DNA of 38,020 nt from Octopus bimaculoides (lineage: Eukaryota): the NCBI RefSeq assembly GCF_001194135.2, contig NC_068992.1, positions 30,440,268 through 30,478,287 on the forward strand, in the 5' to 3' direction. Positions 1 through 9,400 of this stretch are shown here, one piece after another (position 1 is the first letter of the stretch; every line of letters begins with the position of its first letter). Position numbers and translations under genes: made by a program. The notes below the pieces were generated by a model. It worked only from the letters and a program-made list of their open reading frames with translations. It made no database searches and was not told the origin of the DNA.

Positions 1-3
1 CTA

Positions 4-191
<188 letters not shown>

Positions 192-388
192 ATTGTGTGA
201 GGATTATGATTCAGCGTACGACATAATTTGTCATTCCAATGGAAAGATCGACTTTTCCTAACAGGCGACCAACTTTTTTAAAAGGATCATTTATTTATAT
301 TTTTATGATCTCATACAGACATGCACGTATACACAGGGAAAACGCACGCAAACACATACACATCTGAGCGCACAAGTATAGTAATAAA

Positions 389-937
389 AACAAGAGTACT
401 CAGAAAGCACACAATTCCACTAAGGCAACACCAACGTCCTCTCAACGATTATCCAGAGATGATTTTTAAAATGAGAATATCTGAAATAAACCCGACTGCA
501 CTCACAAACGAGAATACTAAAAATGAACTCGACCGCATTCAAAAATCGAAAAAATAATCCAGAATCCGTGTCCAGTACCTGATCGATCACAATGATAGTC
601 ATAGAATGTGAAGGTTGTTGTAGAGAGTTTACTAACAGTAATAAATATTTTATACTTATCTAATACAAGCCAAAGTTAACAAATTCACCATTCAAAATAG
701 TTACAATCTAGAGGGAGATTTTTTTGAGACTTGAAAGTTAGCGTAAGATTGTAATCATGTAAAGTAAATATAACAAATAATCCAGAATCCTTGAGCGGAA
801 CCGGATCGATCCCAAAATCTAATCAGTTCCTGCCATTCACGAGGCCAAACATCCCTGACAGATTCATCTGAATGAATCCATTCAGCGGTTCTTGAGATAT
901 CTTGTGCACGGACAATCAAACAAACGCGACTGAAACC
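389..937 (+). mobile_element. Decayed non-autonomous HINE/DINE-1-like (Helentron-associated) element
   Basis: Starts AACAAGAGTACTCAGAAAGCACAC, resembling the AACAAGAG start of DINE-1/HINE-type elements. Core 'aataatccagaatcc...gatcgatc' occurs twice (~553-590 and ~776-812). Ends '...ttcttgagatatcttgtgcacggacaatcaaacaaacgcgactgaaacc', typical of this widespread repeat class. The 3' subterminal hairpin is not seen. Family assignment is from memory. Confidence 0.4.
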
Positions 938-1227
938 ACCAACAACGACAACGAAAATAAAAATACGTATATATATACACAGACGTACATATGTACGTAC
1001 ATATACATACACACGCATGTGTGGGTTACTGATAAATTGTTTTATAAACAGGTTTACACAAGGACATTTTTAAAAGAATAATTCTCTGGAGATCCTGTAT
1101 TAATGTTTACAAAGAATTTGTTGAAAAAGAAATTAAGAAATATTTCTTTGTGTATTATACTTAATCACTGCCGTAGTGATTCAGTCACAATATATTTGCA
1201 TCATAATAGTAAAATTAATAACAATGA

Positions 1228-1383
1228 TAATGGTAGTAGTAGTAGCAGTTGTTGGTGTTGGTGTTGTTGTTGCTGTTGTAGGAGTGGTATCAACAGCAAC
1301 AATGGTACTAGTAGTTGTAGCAGAAGCAGCAACAGTAGCAGTAGTAGTAGTGATGGTGGTGGTAGTAATACTACTACTACTAC

Positions 1384-1418
<35 letters not shown>
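1228..1418. repeat. Compound trinucleotide microsatellite (GTA/GTT/GCA)n
   Basis: Directly visible; explains the poly-S, poly-V and poly-L ORFs at 1103-1486. Confidence 0.95.
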
Positions 1419-1419
<1 letters not shown>

Positions 1420-1554
1420 GCCTATAATAATAACATTAAAATTCATAGACGCACACAACCACACATATATACAAACCGCTCGTTAATGATTGCTTTCTTG
1501 TCTGATACATAATCGATAAACTTCACTTGTAACTATGTTACAGTCCGATGATCT

Positions 1555-1670
1555 ATGTATGTATGTATGTATGTATGTATGTATGTATGTATGTATGTAT
1601 CTATCTATCTATCTATCTATTTACCTATATATCTGTCTGTCTATCTTTTTATCTATATATATGCATACAT

Positions 1671-1726
<56 letters not shown>

Positions 1727-1925
1727 ATACAGATACATATACATATATACAGATATAAACATATATATATACATATACATACACATACAGGCACGCACAT
1801 AATTACGCACACACATAATCACGCACACACACACGCACATACACAGACGCACATATATACGCGCACACATAAACATATGCACTGTCATACACGTATATGC
1901 GTTAGTGTATATGTGCGCGTGTGTA
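1555..1925. repeat. Compound microsatellite (TATG)n(TATC)n(TA)n(TG)n(CA)n
   Basis: Directly visible. Confidence 0.95.
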
Positions 1926-2199
1926 AGTGTGAAGAATCTTTTATTAAAGTATAAAATATTGCTGACAACATCATGCTATTTCCAAAATGATAGAATATGA
2001 AAGGAATCGAATATCACTAGGAATATTCTCACCTTTGTGATATTATTTGCAGAGATGCATGTATTACTTGCGGAAATGCTGAATAAGCAAGATAGAAATT
2101 TGTAATATATCTATTACCTAAATCTTAACTAGGTTAAGTATTTATTCTCTGTTGAAAGCTACTTCAAACAATCAATGAAAAGGTGTTCCTCTGGGCTAA

Positions 2200-2430
2200 T
2201 AAAATAATTCAAATGTTTGAAGGTGAACCTGGTTTATCAAAAGAGAATATCTTGTTTTATCTTACTTCTTCTCAACACCATTTGAGGTGAAGAAGTTAAA
2301 AAGATAAATAATGTATGTTTTACTGTGTGCCAAAGATAAAGTTTAAAATATCGTGGAGGCATTATTTTTGGTTTCATGAATAGCAGTAAAATAAAGTTAA
2401 AATTTAAAGGGTAATGCTGAAAATAAAAAT
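2200..2430 (+). repeat. Diverged dispersed repeat, copy 1 (partner 4628-4860)
   Basis: 'aaataattcaaatgtttgaaggtgaacctggtttatcaaaagagaatatcttgttttatcttacttcttc...aaagataaagtttaaaatatcgtgga' aligns by eye, colinearly and in the same orientation, with 4628-4860. Confidence 0.8.
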
Positions 2431-3889
2431 TACAGTTTTAAAATGTATACCTAGAAATTAAAATTTGAGACATTTTAAAAGGTTTAATGGTAAAATTTAA
2501 TTCCAGTTTATACAAGCACAGTGAATATTTAACGTAAGCTAAAAATACTTACGTTTAATTAGTTAATCAAATGCTTGAGTGAAAATTTGTTTTTATTAAA
2601 GGATATACCTTGTTAGAATATTATTGTCTGTACAAACGTTATATAATGTGTTGCGTTAACTACAAAGGTTATTTCATTCTCTGAAATTTTACCATCAAAC
2701 GCATAGAGTGTTATGATAATAATTATATATTCATATGTCAATTATTATATATCGTTTCAAGTTTTTTGCTTGATGCTATAAATGCAGACACTAGACACAC
2801 ACAGACACACACGGACGCGCGCCAATATGATTGGTGCAGAAACATTTTTAACAAAAAAAAAAAAAAAATTCACAGTTTATATAGACTAAAAAAAAGAAAG
2901 AGATCAAAACTGTAAAACCGCGAGTGTATAAGGTCTTTATTTTACTAGTCGCCTCAAAATTCATTCTCTGATACAAGTAACTAGGAAACATTAAAACTAA
3001 GTACACACACACACACACGCGCCCGCGCGCGCACGCACGCACACACGCACTCACACACACACATACAAAACATTCACAGGCTAAAGTTTGAAATAAGACA
3101 TCGTTATATCATTAGTGGATAATATTTAAAATTGATGGTATCAATAGCAGTAGCATAGGTTGTTCACTAGCAAAAAGCATTATTTAGCTATGAATTGCAA
3201 ATCAGCGTGAAGTGTAAGGATGCAGAAAAGCGCCAACTTGCTAGAAGTAAGAGCTAAAGTCTTATTTAAACCACCGTAAACAAGAAGATAACAAAGAAAT
3301 AATAGTAAACGAGGAAACGAAAAGAATTAATACATTCAAAAGCACATCTATGAAATGAAAAAGCTGAAGTATTAGATTTCCAGAAGCCGAAATTCGGGTA
3401 TGTGGAGGTCCTAAACAGCATAAGTTAAACAACTATCTAAGGGATAATAAATATACTATATACTACTAGATGTATACCTATGTTTTTTATATCTAAATGC
3501 TTAATGTTGTAAGGCAATAGCGCAATTGAATAATAGGTATGAGTGGCGGTAAATGGAAGTTTACTAAGAATTTATAAGGCAAACGACTGAAACAAATAAA
3601 AGAATACATATATATATATTTCGAGAAAATTTTTTACAAAGAGTTAAGATTGGGAAAAGCACTAACATCTGAGAGGAGATTTCACAAAATGTGTGTGGTT
3701 TTGCTTTCAGTTCTTAACGTTTTCAAGCACGTTACTACATGATGTATGAAGAAAAATAAGCGAAAATGCACATTGGAAATCAAAAACAGCAAAGGCTTTG
3801 AGGAAAAGTAACGATAGATATATACAATTAGATGAACTGAGGTAGGAATAAAAGTATTAAAAGTCATTATTGTGTATTGTTAAAGAGAT

Positions 3890-4600
3890 TCAAAAGCATA
3901 CCGGTTTCGTAATGTTATTAATGATTGCTTGAATGCACACCGAATATTGAAGTGTGCCAGGTCTACTTGTTCGTGAGTAAAAAGATTATGTGTAAGGGAG
4001 GTAAGTTGTTCTGGATTTGGTACAATTAGGTAGATCTAGATCCGTAATGTGAATGGTGTATGGGATATATGGGGGTTGGTGGTATTAAATAAAAGGTTAG
4101 TAGCGTTCTGTATTATGTTATGTGTTCACATTTAGTTGTGAAAGATTGATGAAAATTGTATCTTTATTCATTCTTTGTTTATTGAGGTGTTCTGTGAACC
4201 TTGATAGAAGGGAAAAATTAGGAAATTAGTATCAAGATTCCTGGCACACCTTTCTATGTGTCCACTGACCTGTATCTGTCTGTATTGTGGGTGGCGGATT
4301 TGTTCTTTGTGGAGACTGGTTCTTCTACGGAATGATATTCCTGTTTGGCCAATATAATTATTACTACACCCTAAGCATGTAATGGCATAGATTAGATTTT
4401 CCGAGGCACAGGTGTAATTTGATTTAATCTTAAATATTCCACGTTGTTTAAAGTGGAACTCTGAACCCGCCAAAAGGTGGGGCAAGTACCACAGTTAGGT
4501 CGACCACATTTTTTCACTTTTGGTTCTGTTGTTAATGGATATAATCTTGCGCTGGTTAATATTGTTTTCAATGATTTAAGTTGCATTTTACTTTTGATAA
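3890..4600 (-). mobile_element. Penelope-like retroelement 3' fragment (GIY-YIG endonuclease pseudogene plus pLTR)
   Basis: Minus strand reads KSKMQLKSLKTILTSA...KKCGRPNCGTCP, then after a frameshift NYTCASENLIYAITCLGCSNNYIGQTG...RRTSLHKEQIRHPQYRQIQVSGHIERC...FLIFPFY. This is the Cys-rich linker followed by the GIY-YIG (IY...YIG) domain of Penelope elements. Confidence 0.92.
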
Positions 4601-4627
4601 TTTTACACATGCATAGACATATATATA

Positions 4628-4860
4628 TAAAAGAATTCATATGTTTGAAGGGAAACCTGTTTTATTAGAAGAGAAAATCGTGTTTTGTCTTACTCCTTCT
4701 CTACGCGGCATTTAAGGTGAACAAGCTAAAGAGATATATAATACCTGTTTACTTTTTGCGAAAGATAAAGTTTAAAATATCGTGGACGCAATATTTTTTT
4801 GAGCTTATGAATAACAGTAACATAATGCGAAAATTTAAATGGTAATATTGAAGATGAATA
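4628..4860 (+). repeat. Diverged dispersed repeat, copy 2 (partner 2200-2430)
   Basis: 'aaagaattcatatgtttgaagggaaacctgttttattagaagagaaaatcgtgttttgtcttactccttc...aaagataaagttttaaaatatcgtgga' is colinear with 2200-2430. Confidence 0.8.
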
Positions 4861-4885
4861 TGATATAAACACACACACACACACA

Positions 4886-5344
4886 NNNNNNNNNNNNNNN
4901 NNNNNNNNNNNNNNNNNNNNNNNNNNNNNNNNNNNNNNNNNNNNNNNNNNNNNNNNNNNNNNNNNNNNNNNNNNNNNNNNNNNNNNNNNNNNNNNNNNNN
5001 NNNNNNNNNNNNNNNNNNNNNNNNNNNNNNNNNNNNNNNNNNNNNNNNNNNNNNNNNNNNNNNNNNNNNNNNNNNNNNNNNNNNNNNNNNNNNNNNNNNN
5101 NNNNNNNNNNNNNNNNNNNNNNNNNNNNNNNNNNNNNNNNNNNNNNNNNNNNNNNNNNNNNNNNNNNNNNNNNNNNNNNNNNNNNNNNNNNNNNNNNNNN
5201 NNNNNNNNNNNNNNNNNNNNNNNNNNNNNNNNNNNNNNNNNNNNNNNNNNNNNNNNNNNNNNNNNNNNNNNNNNNNNNNNNNNNNNNNNNNNNNNNNNNN
5301 NNNNNNNNNNNNNNNNNNNNNNNNNNNNNNNNNNNNNNNNNNNN
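4886..5344. other. Assembly gap (N); other gaps at 7705-8056, 15905-16723, 25095-25355, 29058-29330, 30528-30537, 32974-33886, 36763-37535
   Basis: N runs, each bordered by (TA)n or (CA)n repeats, consistent with short-read assembly breaks at microsatellites. Confidence 0.99.
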
Positions 5345-5611
5345 ATATATATATATATATACATATATGAAATAAGTAGTTAAGGTAAAACTCAACTGGT
5401 TCCTTTTGAAGCAATTCTGCACATCCGATAACACTATTACTACAATTCAATATGTCATCTCAGTTGCCGCTGTATGTTAGTTCAAAATACATATTACAAT
5501 TTCATTTCTCTGTAATTCCTCTTTCCAAATATAACACTTGTAAGCTTTAATACATAATACGAAATATTTTAAATTACTCTCTTTGTTACGTACTTATATA
5601 TATGTACAATA

Positions 5612-5894
5612 TGGTCTCTCCCGTCGAAGACGACACGTGAATGTTCAGCTTTTGCTGAATGACCCACACAAATGATTTGTTTCTAGTGATCAAATGTACG
5701 TGCCGTACGTTAACTCACTCACTCCATCCAATTGACGTCGCCTGAACAGGTGAAAGATGTACCACTCATCAGGTGTCGAAAACATTGCAGTGAAGCGTGA
5801 GATGAAGTGTTTTGCCGAAGAATACAACACCTAACCTGGTCTAGGATTTGAAACTATAATCTCCCGATCAGGAATGCAACGCCTTAACCACTAG
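5612..5894 (-). mobile_element. tRNA-derived SINE with CORE-like central domain
   Basis: Minus strand begins TAGTGGTTAAGGCG (A-box-like) ... AGTTTCAAATCC (B-box-like), then GTGTTGTATTCTTCGGCAAAACACTTCATCTC, resembling the CORE-SINE motif tgtgaccttgggcaagtcacttaacctc. Confidence 0.75.
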
Positions 5895-6963
5895 TGTATG
5901 CATATTCACACACACACACACATGTATATATGCATAAATACAGATGAAATATATATATATGTATGTGTATATGTGTGTGCTTGTGTCTTTACATCTGTGA
6001 TTGCGTGAAGTTGTACCTTTGTTGCAATCTATATTCACAAAATGAAAAATGATCAACACTAAGATTTTATTCAATTGCCACCTCAGATAATAACACGCCT
6101 TAACTATTGGAAAGAAAGTTTCTATTTCAATAAAACTGTATTAGTTGACCTTCTTCGTGAAATTTCAAAAATCAAAGCCGTCTCTATAAAATTTGAAATC
6201 CAATTATCCTGGAACAAAGCTAAATATTGTAAATTATATTGTTGGTCAGATATTGAGGCAAACACACAACAAAGAGTCATTAAACAAACCTAACAATAAT
6301 AACTAAATAACAATGTGATAACCCTTGAAGCATTCATTCTTTCAATATCGCACAAGTTTGAATAATTTATAGCCCACAACATTGTTTGAAATGCATCCGA
6401 GTTGGTTTCAAGGAAAATGGGAAGAGGATTATGAATTAAAATGGTATGAATGAAAATTATATTGAGGATTTTTGGTAATATTGCGTGTTAGAAAACGTAA
6501 TAATTTGAATAGCGGTTATACATCTTGATTAAAATGTCATTATTCTTAAAGGATTACAATAGATGAATGCTTTAAGCTAGCAGAAATAAAGCAATATAAC
6601 GCCTAGTTTTTTTCCTTTTCAAAATGCTTTTGCATAAAATAATTGTTACAATGTCAAATCCAATGACACAATGTACTTAAGTCACATTTTTGAATAATAT
6701 ACACTTTGATTAAGAATTAAGAATTGTTTTTAAATATCACACCATGGTGAAGTTTGCAGTGAGGACATTCGAATAGATATATTATAGACAAATTGCACAT
6801 TTCGCGAATTCTGAGTTTCTACAAACAATTACTCTATCCTCCAGATCGCTTGATATATACATATATATAGTTATGTGGAGAATGGAGAAACAAACACAAG
6901 AAGAAGCAAGTCAACTGGGCTAGTTAGCCCTTGATTTAATTATGTGGAGATTATATAATGAGT

Positions 6964-7015
6964 CATTTACGTACGTTTCGATGTGTCAGATGGTTTGGCA
7001 GATCTCTTCAGAATG
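6964..7015 (-). ncRNA. Type I hammerhead ribozyme (left arm)
   Basis: Minus strand: CATT-CTGAAGA-GAT c TGCCA aaccatc TGACA c ATC-GAAAC GTAC GT-A^AATG. Core CUGANGA/GAAA is intact, stem I is CATT/AATG, stem II is closed by G-C, stem III is the palindrome ACGTACGT, and the cleavage triplet is GUA (predicted cut between 6968 and 6967). Confidence 0.85.
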
Positions 7016-7374
7016 TTGAGGAGTATGTTAGAGTTCATGGTGTGAGAGATGCAGGAGAAACAATTAGTGGATATATTAATACATATGGTGGTATAAGAAT
7101 AGCATTAGGTAAAGTTAGTCTTATATTTTAGTTGAAGATGTGTTAGTTTTTTCTGGAAGGGCAGGTAGGGTGGGTGTTATTTAAGCTCGTATTTCCAGTC
7201 TTAATCAGACGCAGCAAACACCCTACCTCCCCTTCCAGAAAGACTAATACAACTTCAACTATAATGTAAAACTAACTTTACCTAATGCTATTCTTATACC
7301 ACCATATGCATTAATATATCCACTAATTGTTTCTCCTGCATCTCTCACACCATGAACTCTAACATACTCCTCAA

Positions 7375-7426
7375 CATTCTGAAGAGATCTGCCAAACCAT
7401 CTGGCACATTGAAACGTACGTAAATG
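7375..7426 (+). ncRNA. Type I hammerhead ribozyme (right arm)
   Basis: Plus strand: CATT(7375)-CTGAAGA(7379-85)-GAT c TGCCA aaccatc TGGCA c ATT-GAAAC(7411) GTAC GT-A(7422)^AATG. Core is intact, stem II is closed by a G.U wobble, and the upper TGCCA/TGGCA stem is perfect. Confidence 0.83.
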
Positions 7427-8307
7427 ACTCATTATATAATCTCCACATAATTAAACGGCTAACTAGCCCAGTTGACTTGCTTCTTCTTATGTTTGTTTCT
7501 CCATTCTCCATATAACTATAATTATAAACTGAGGTTTAAACAATAGATTACCTGCCTCTGGATACCTTCTAACGAAGACGGTACCCGCACAAGTAATTCC
7601 CAGGAGTGCCTCCGGATTTAAATATCCCCTGGTTGATTGGATACTTCAGACTACCACTGGGATATTGAAGCAATCCTATCATTTACCTATATATATATAT
7701 ATATNNNNNNNNNNNNNNNNNNNNNNNNNNNNNNNNNNNNNNNNNNNNNNNNNNNNNNNNNNNNNNNNNNNNNNNNNNNNNNNNNNNNNNNNNNNNNNNN
7801 NNNNNNNNNNNNNNNNNNNNNNNNNNNNNNNNNNNNNNNNNNNNNNNNNNNNNNNNNNNNNNNNNNNNNNNNNNNNNNNNNNNNNNNNNNNNNNNNNNNN
7901 NNNNNNNNNNNNNNNNNNNNNNNNNNNNNNNNNNNNNNNNNNNNNNNNNNNNNNNNNNNNNNNNNNNNNNNNNNNNNNNNNNNNNNNNNNNNNNNNNNNN
8001 NNNNNNNNNNNNNNNNNNNNNNNNNNNNNNNNNNNNNNNNNNNNNNNNNNNNNNNNTATATATATATATATATATATATATGCATACATTTACATGCATA
8101 TATGGAATGAGCATACTCACACACTATGCCGTATGTGAATTTTGTATCTTCATATAAAAACCTTTAAACACTCAACAATGAAGTAAATATATGATATGCC
8201 CTTTCATCACAACGATAACACCATGTTAAATATAGACTATAGCCAACCAGTTTTATAAACCTGCAACCTACTACATAAGGTTATGACCTCGTCACTGAAA
8301 TGTATTT

Positions 8308-8322
8308 CTATCCATCTGTCTG

Positions 8323-8382
<60 letters not shown>
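8308..8382. repeat. (TATC)n microsatellite
   Basis: Directly visible; abuts the 5' break of the plus-strand Penelope relic. Confidence 0.95.
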
Positions 8383-8383
<1 letters not shown>

Positions 8384-9400
8384 AATCACAACTTAAATTT
8401 ATTACAAAGGCACAGATACACACCAGTGCCTAAATTTCAAACCATGTGACCCAACACATCTTGTACTGACTAGCCAGGAAAATTTGTACTATAGTACAAG
8501 ATACCAGGAACATATGACTTATAGAATTGAAGGTATTTCTATTCAGGCAAAAATACTCTCTCCTGCTTATAGAGAATAACATATTACGATCAAAATAGTT
8601 ACCTATAGAACAACATAGGGCAGCACGAGAAAGACGAACCAATTCACGGAACACAGTACCATTTCTAGTAACACAAATGTGCATCACCTTATTATTTTAA
8701 CATCATGAAAACAATTTGCCAATAATGAAACAAAGTGAAAAATTAAAAAAAAAAGCATAACACATTAAACACTTATCTTAATCAAAAGGCAAACACATAA
8801 GCTAAAGAAACTAGCAACAAAGGCAAAATGCAACATGAACAAACAATAAAACATTCACAGTACCAAGTGTAATGGTGACGGAGGTAGAACGTGCCAATAC
8901 ATGCATACTAGTAGATCCATTAGAACAAAAAATGGACAGATTTTTGCAAATGTAGATATGAACTGCAAAAGAAGAAATTTGGCCTACTGCCTTTAGTACC
9001 CTCATTGCGAGGAACTATATACTGGCAAGATGGTGAATGCATTACTGGAATGCTCACGAGTCCACAGAAAACAAATTCGGAACACTAATATTCGCCAAAT
9101 TTCATTGAGCAAACATATAGAAGTATGTAGTCAGAAATGTTTCTAATATTTGGTTTCTACAAACTACATGACAGAAGTAAGGTTGTAAGAAAGATAAAAG
9201 AAAAAACTTTTTATTAATATGTTCAACGCTGTTCTGAACGGAAATAACAACAATAATATTACAGCCCGTTAATGATGGGGATTGAAATATAACTGTAACA
9301 TATGAATATAAACAAATTACTGAAGATTCCCACCAACTGAAATAAAAACGAACGAAACCAATTAAGTTTGCTCACCCATAACGTCATTACAAGTAAACCG
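8384..9400 (+). mobile_element. Penelope-like retroelement 3' half (RT thumb, GIY-YIG, pLTR), heavily decayed; not shown in the ORF track
   Basis: Plus-strand reading across stops and frameshifts: IYYKGTDTHQCLNFKPCDP...LARKICTIVQD...ELKVFLFRQKY...LIENNI (thumb region); KCNGDGGRTCQY...NVDMNCKRRNLAYCL*YPHCEELYTGK...VHRKQIRNTNIRQISLSKHIEVC...FGFYKL...FINMFNAVLN (GIY-YIG, ~8865-9243). Confidence 0.85.

Larger units (their letters stand above)
6866..7520. mobile_element. Palindromic non-coding Penelope-type element (two head-to-head pLTR-like arms)
   Basis: Arm 6866-~7172 is the reverse complement of arm ~7219-7520, with about a dozen substitutions and 2-3 small indels counted by eye, and a spacer of about 40 bp. 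Each arm holds a hammerhead motif. The spacer read on the minus strand gives LIKTGNTSLN, loosely like the 'FIxxFKPxLN' end of Penelope GIY-YIG ORFs (weak). Confidence 0.85.

Noticed and set aside
1103-1954. Poly-S/V/L/Q and [12 protein letters not shown] ORFs here and throughout the window
   Set aside because: Translations of microsatellites, with no evidence of coding.
4726-5450. Long ORFs spanning N-runs (also 7637-8138, 15769-16853, 24939-25391, 28740-29426, 32794-33925, 36514-37761)
   Set aside because: Artefacts of translating assembly gaps as X.
5760-5894. tRNA-like head and a minus-strand CTGATGA at 5766-5772
   Set aside because: The head has A/B boxes but no full cloverleaf, so it is a SINE. 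The CTGATGA has no GAAA or stems around it.
6866-7520. Integrated viroid-like or circular RNA replicon
   Set aside because: Hammerheads on both strands follow directly from the inverted duplication. There is no tandem unit-length repeat allowing circularisation, and a Penelope pLTR origin is simpler.
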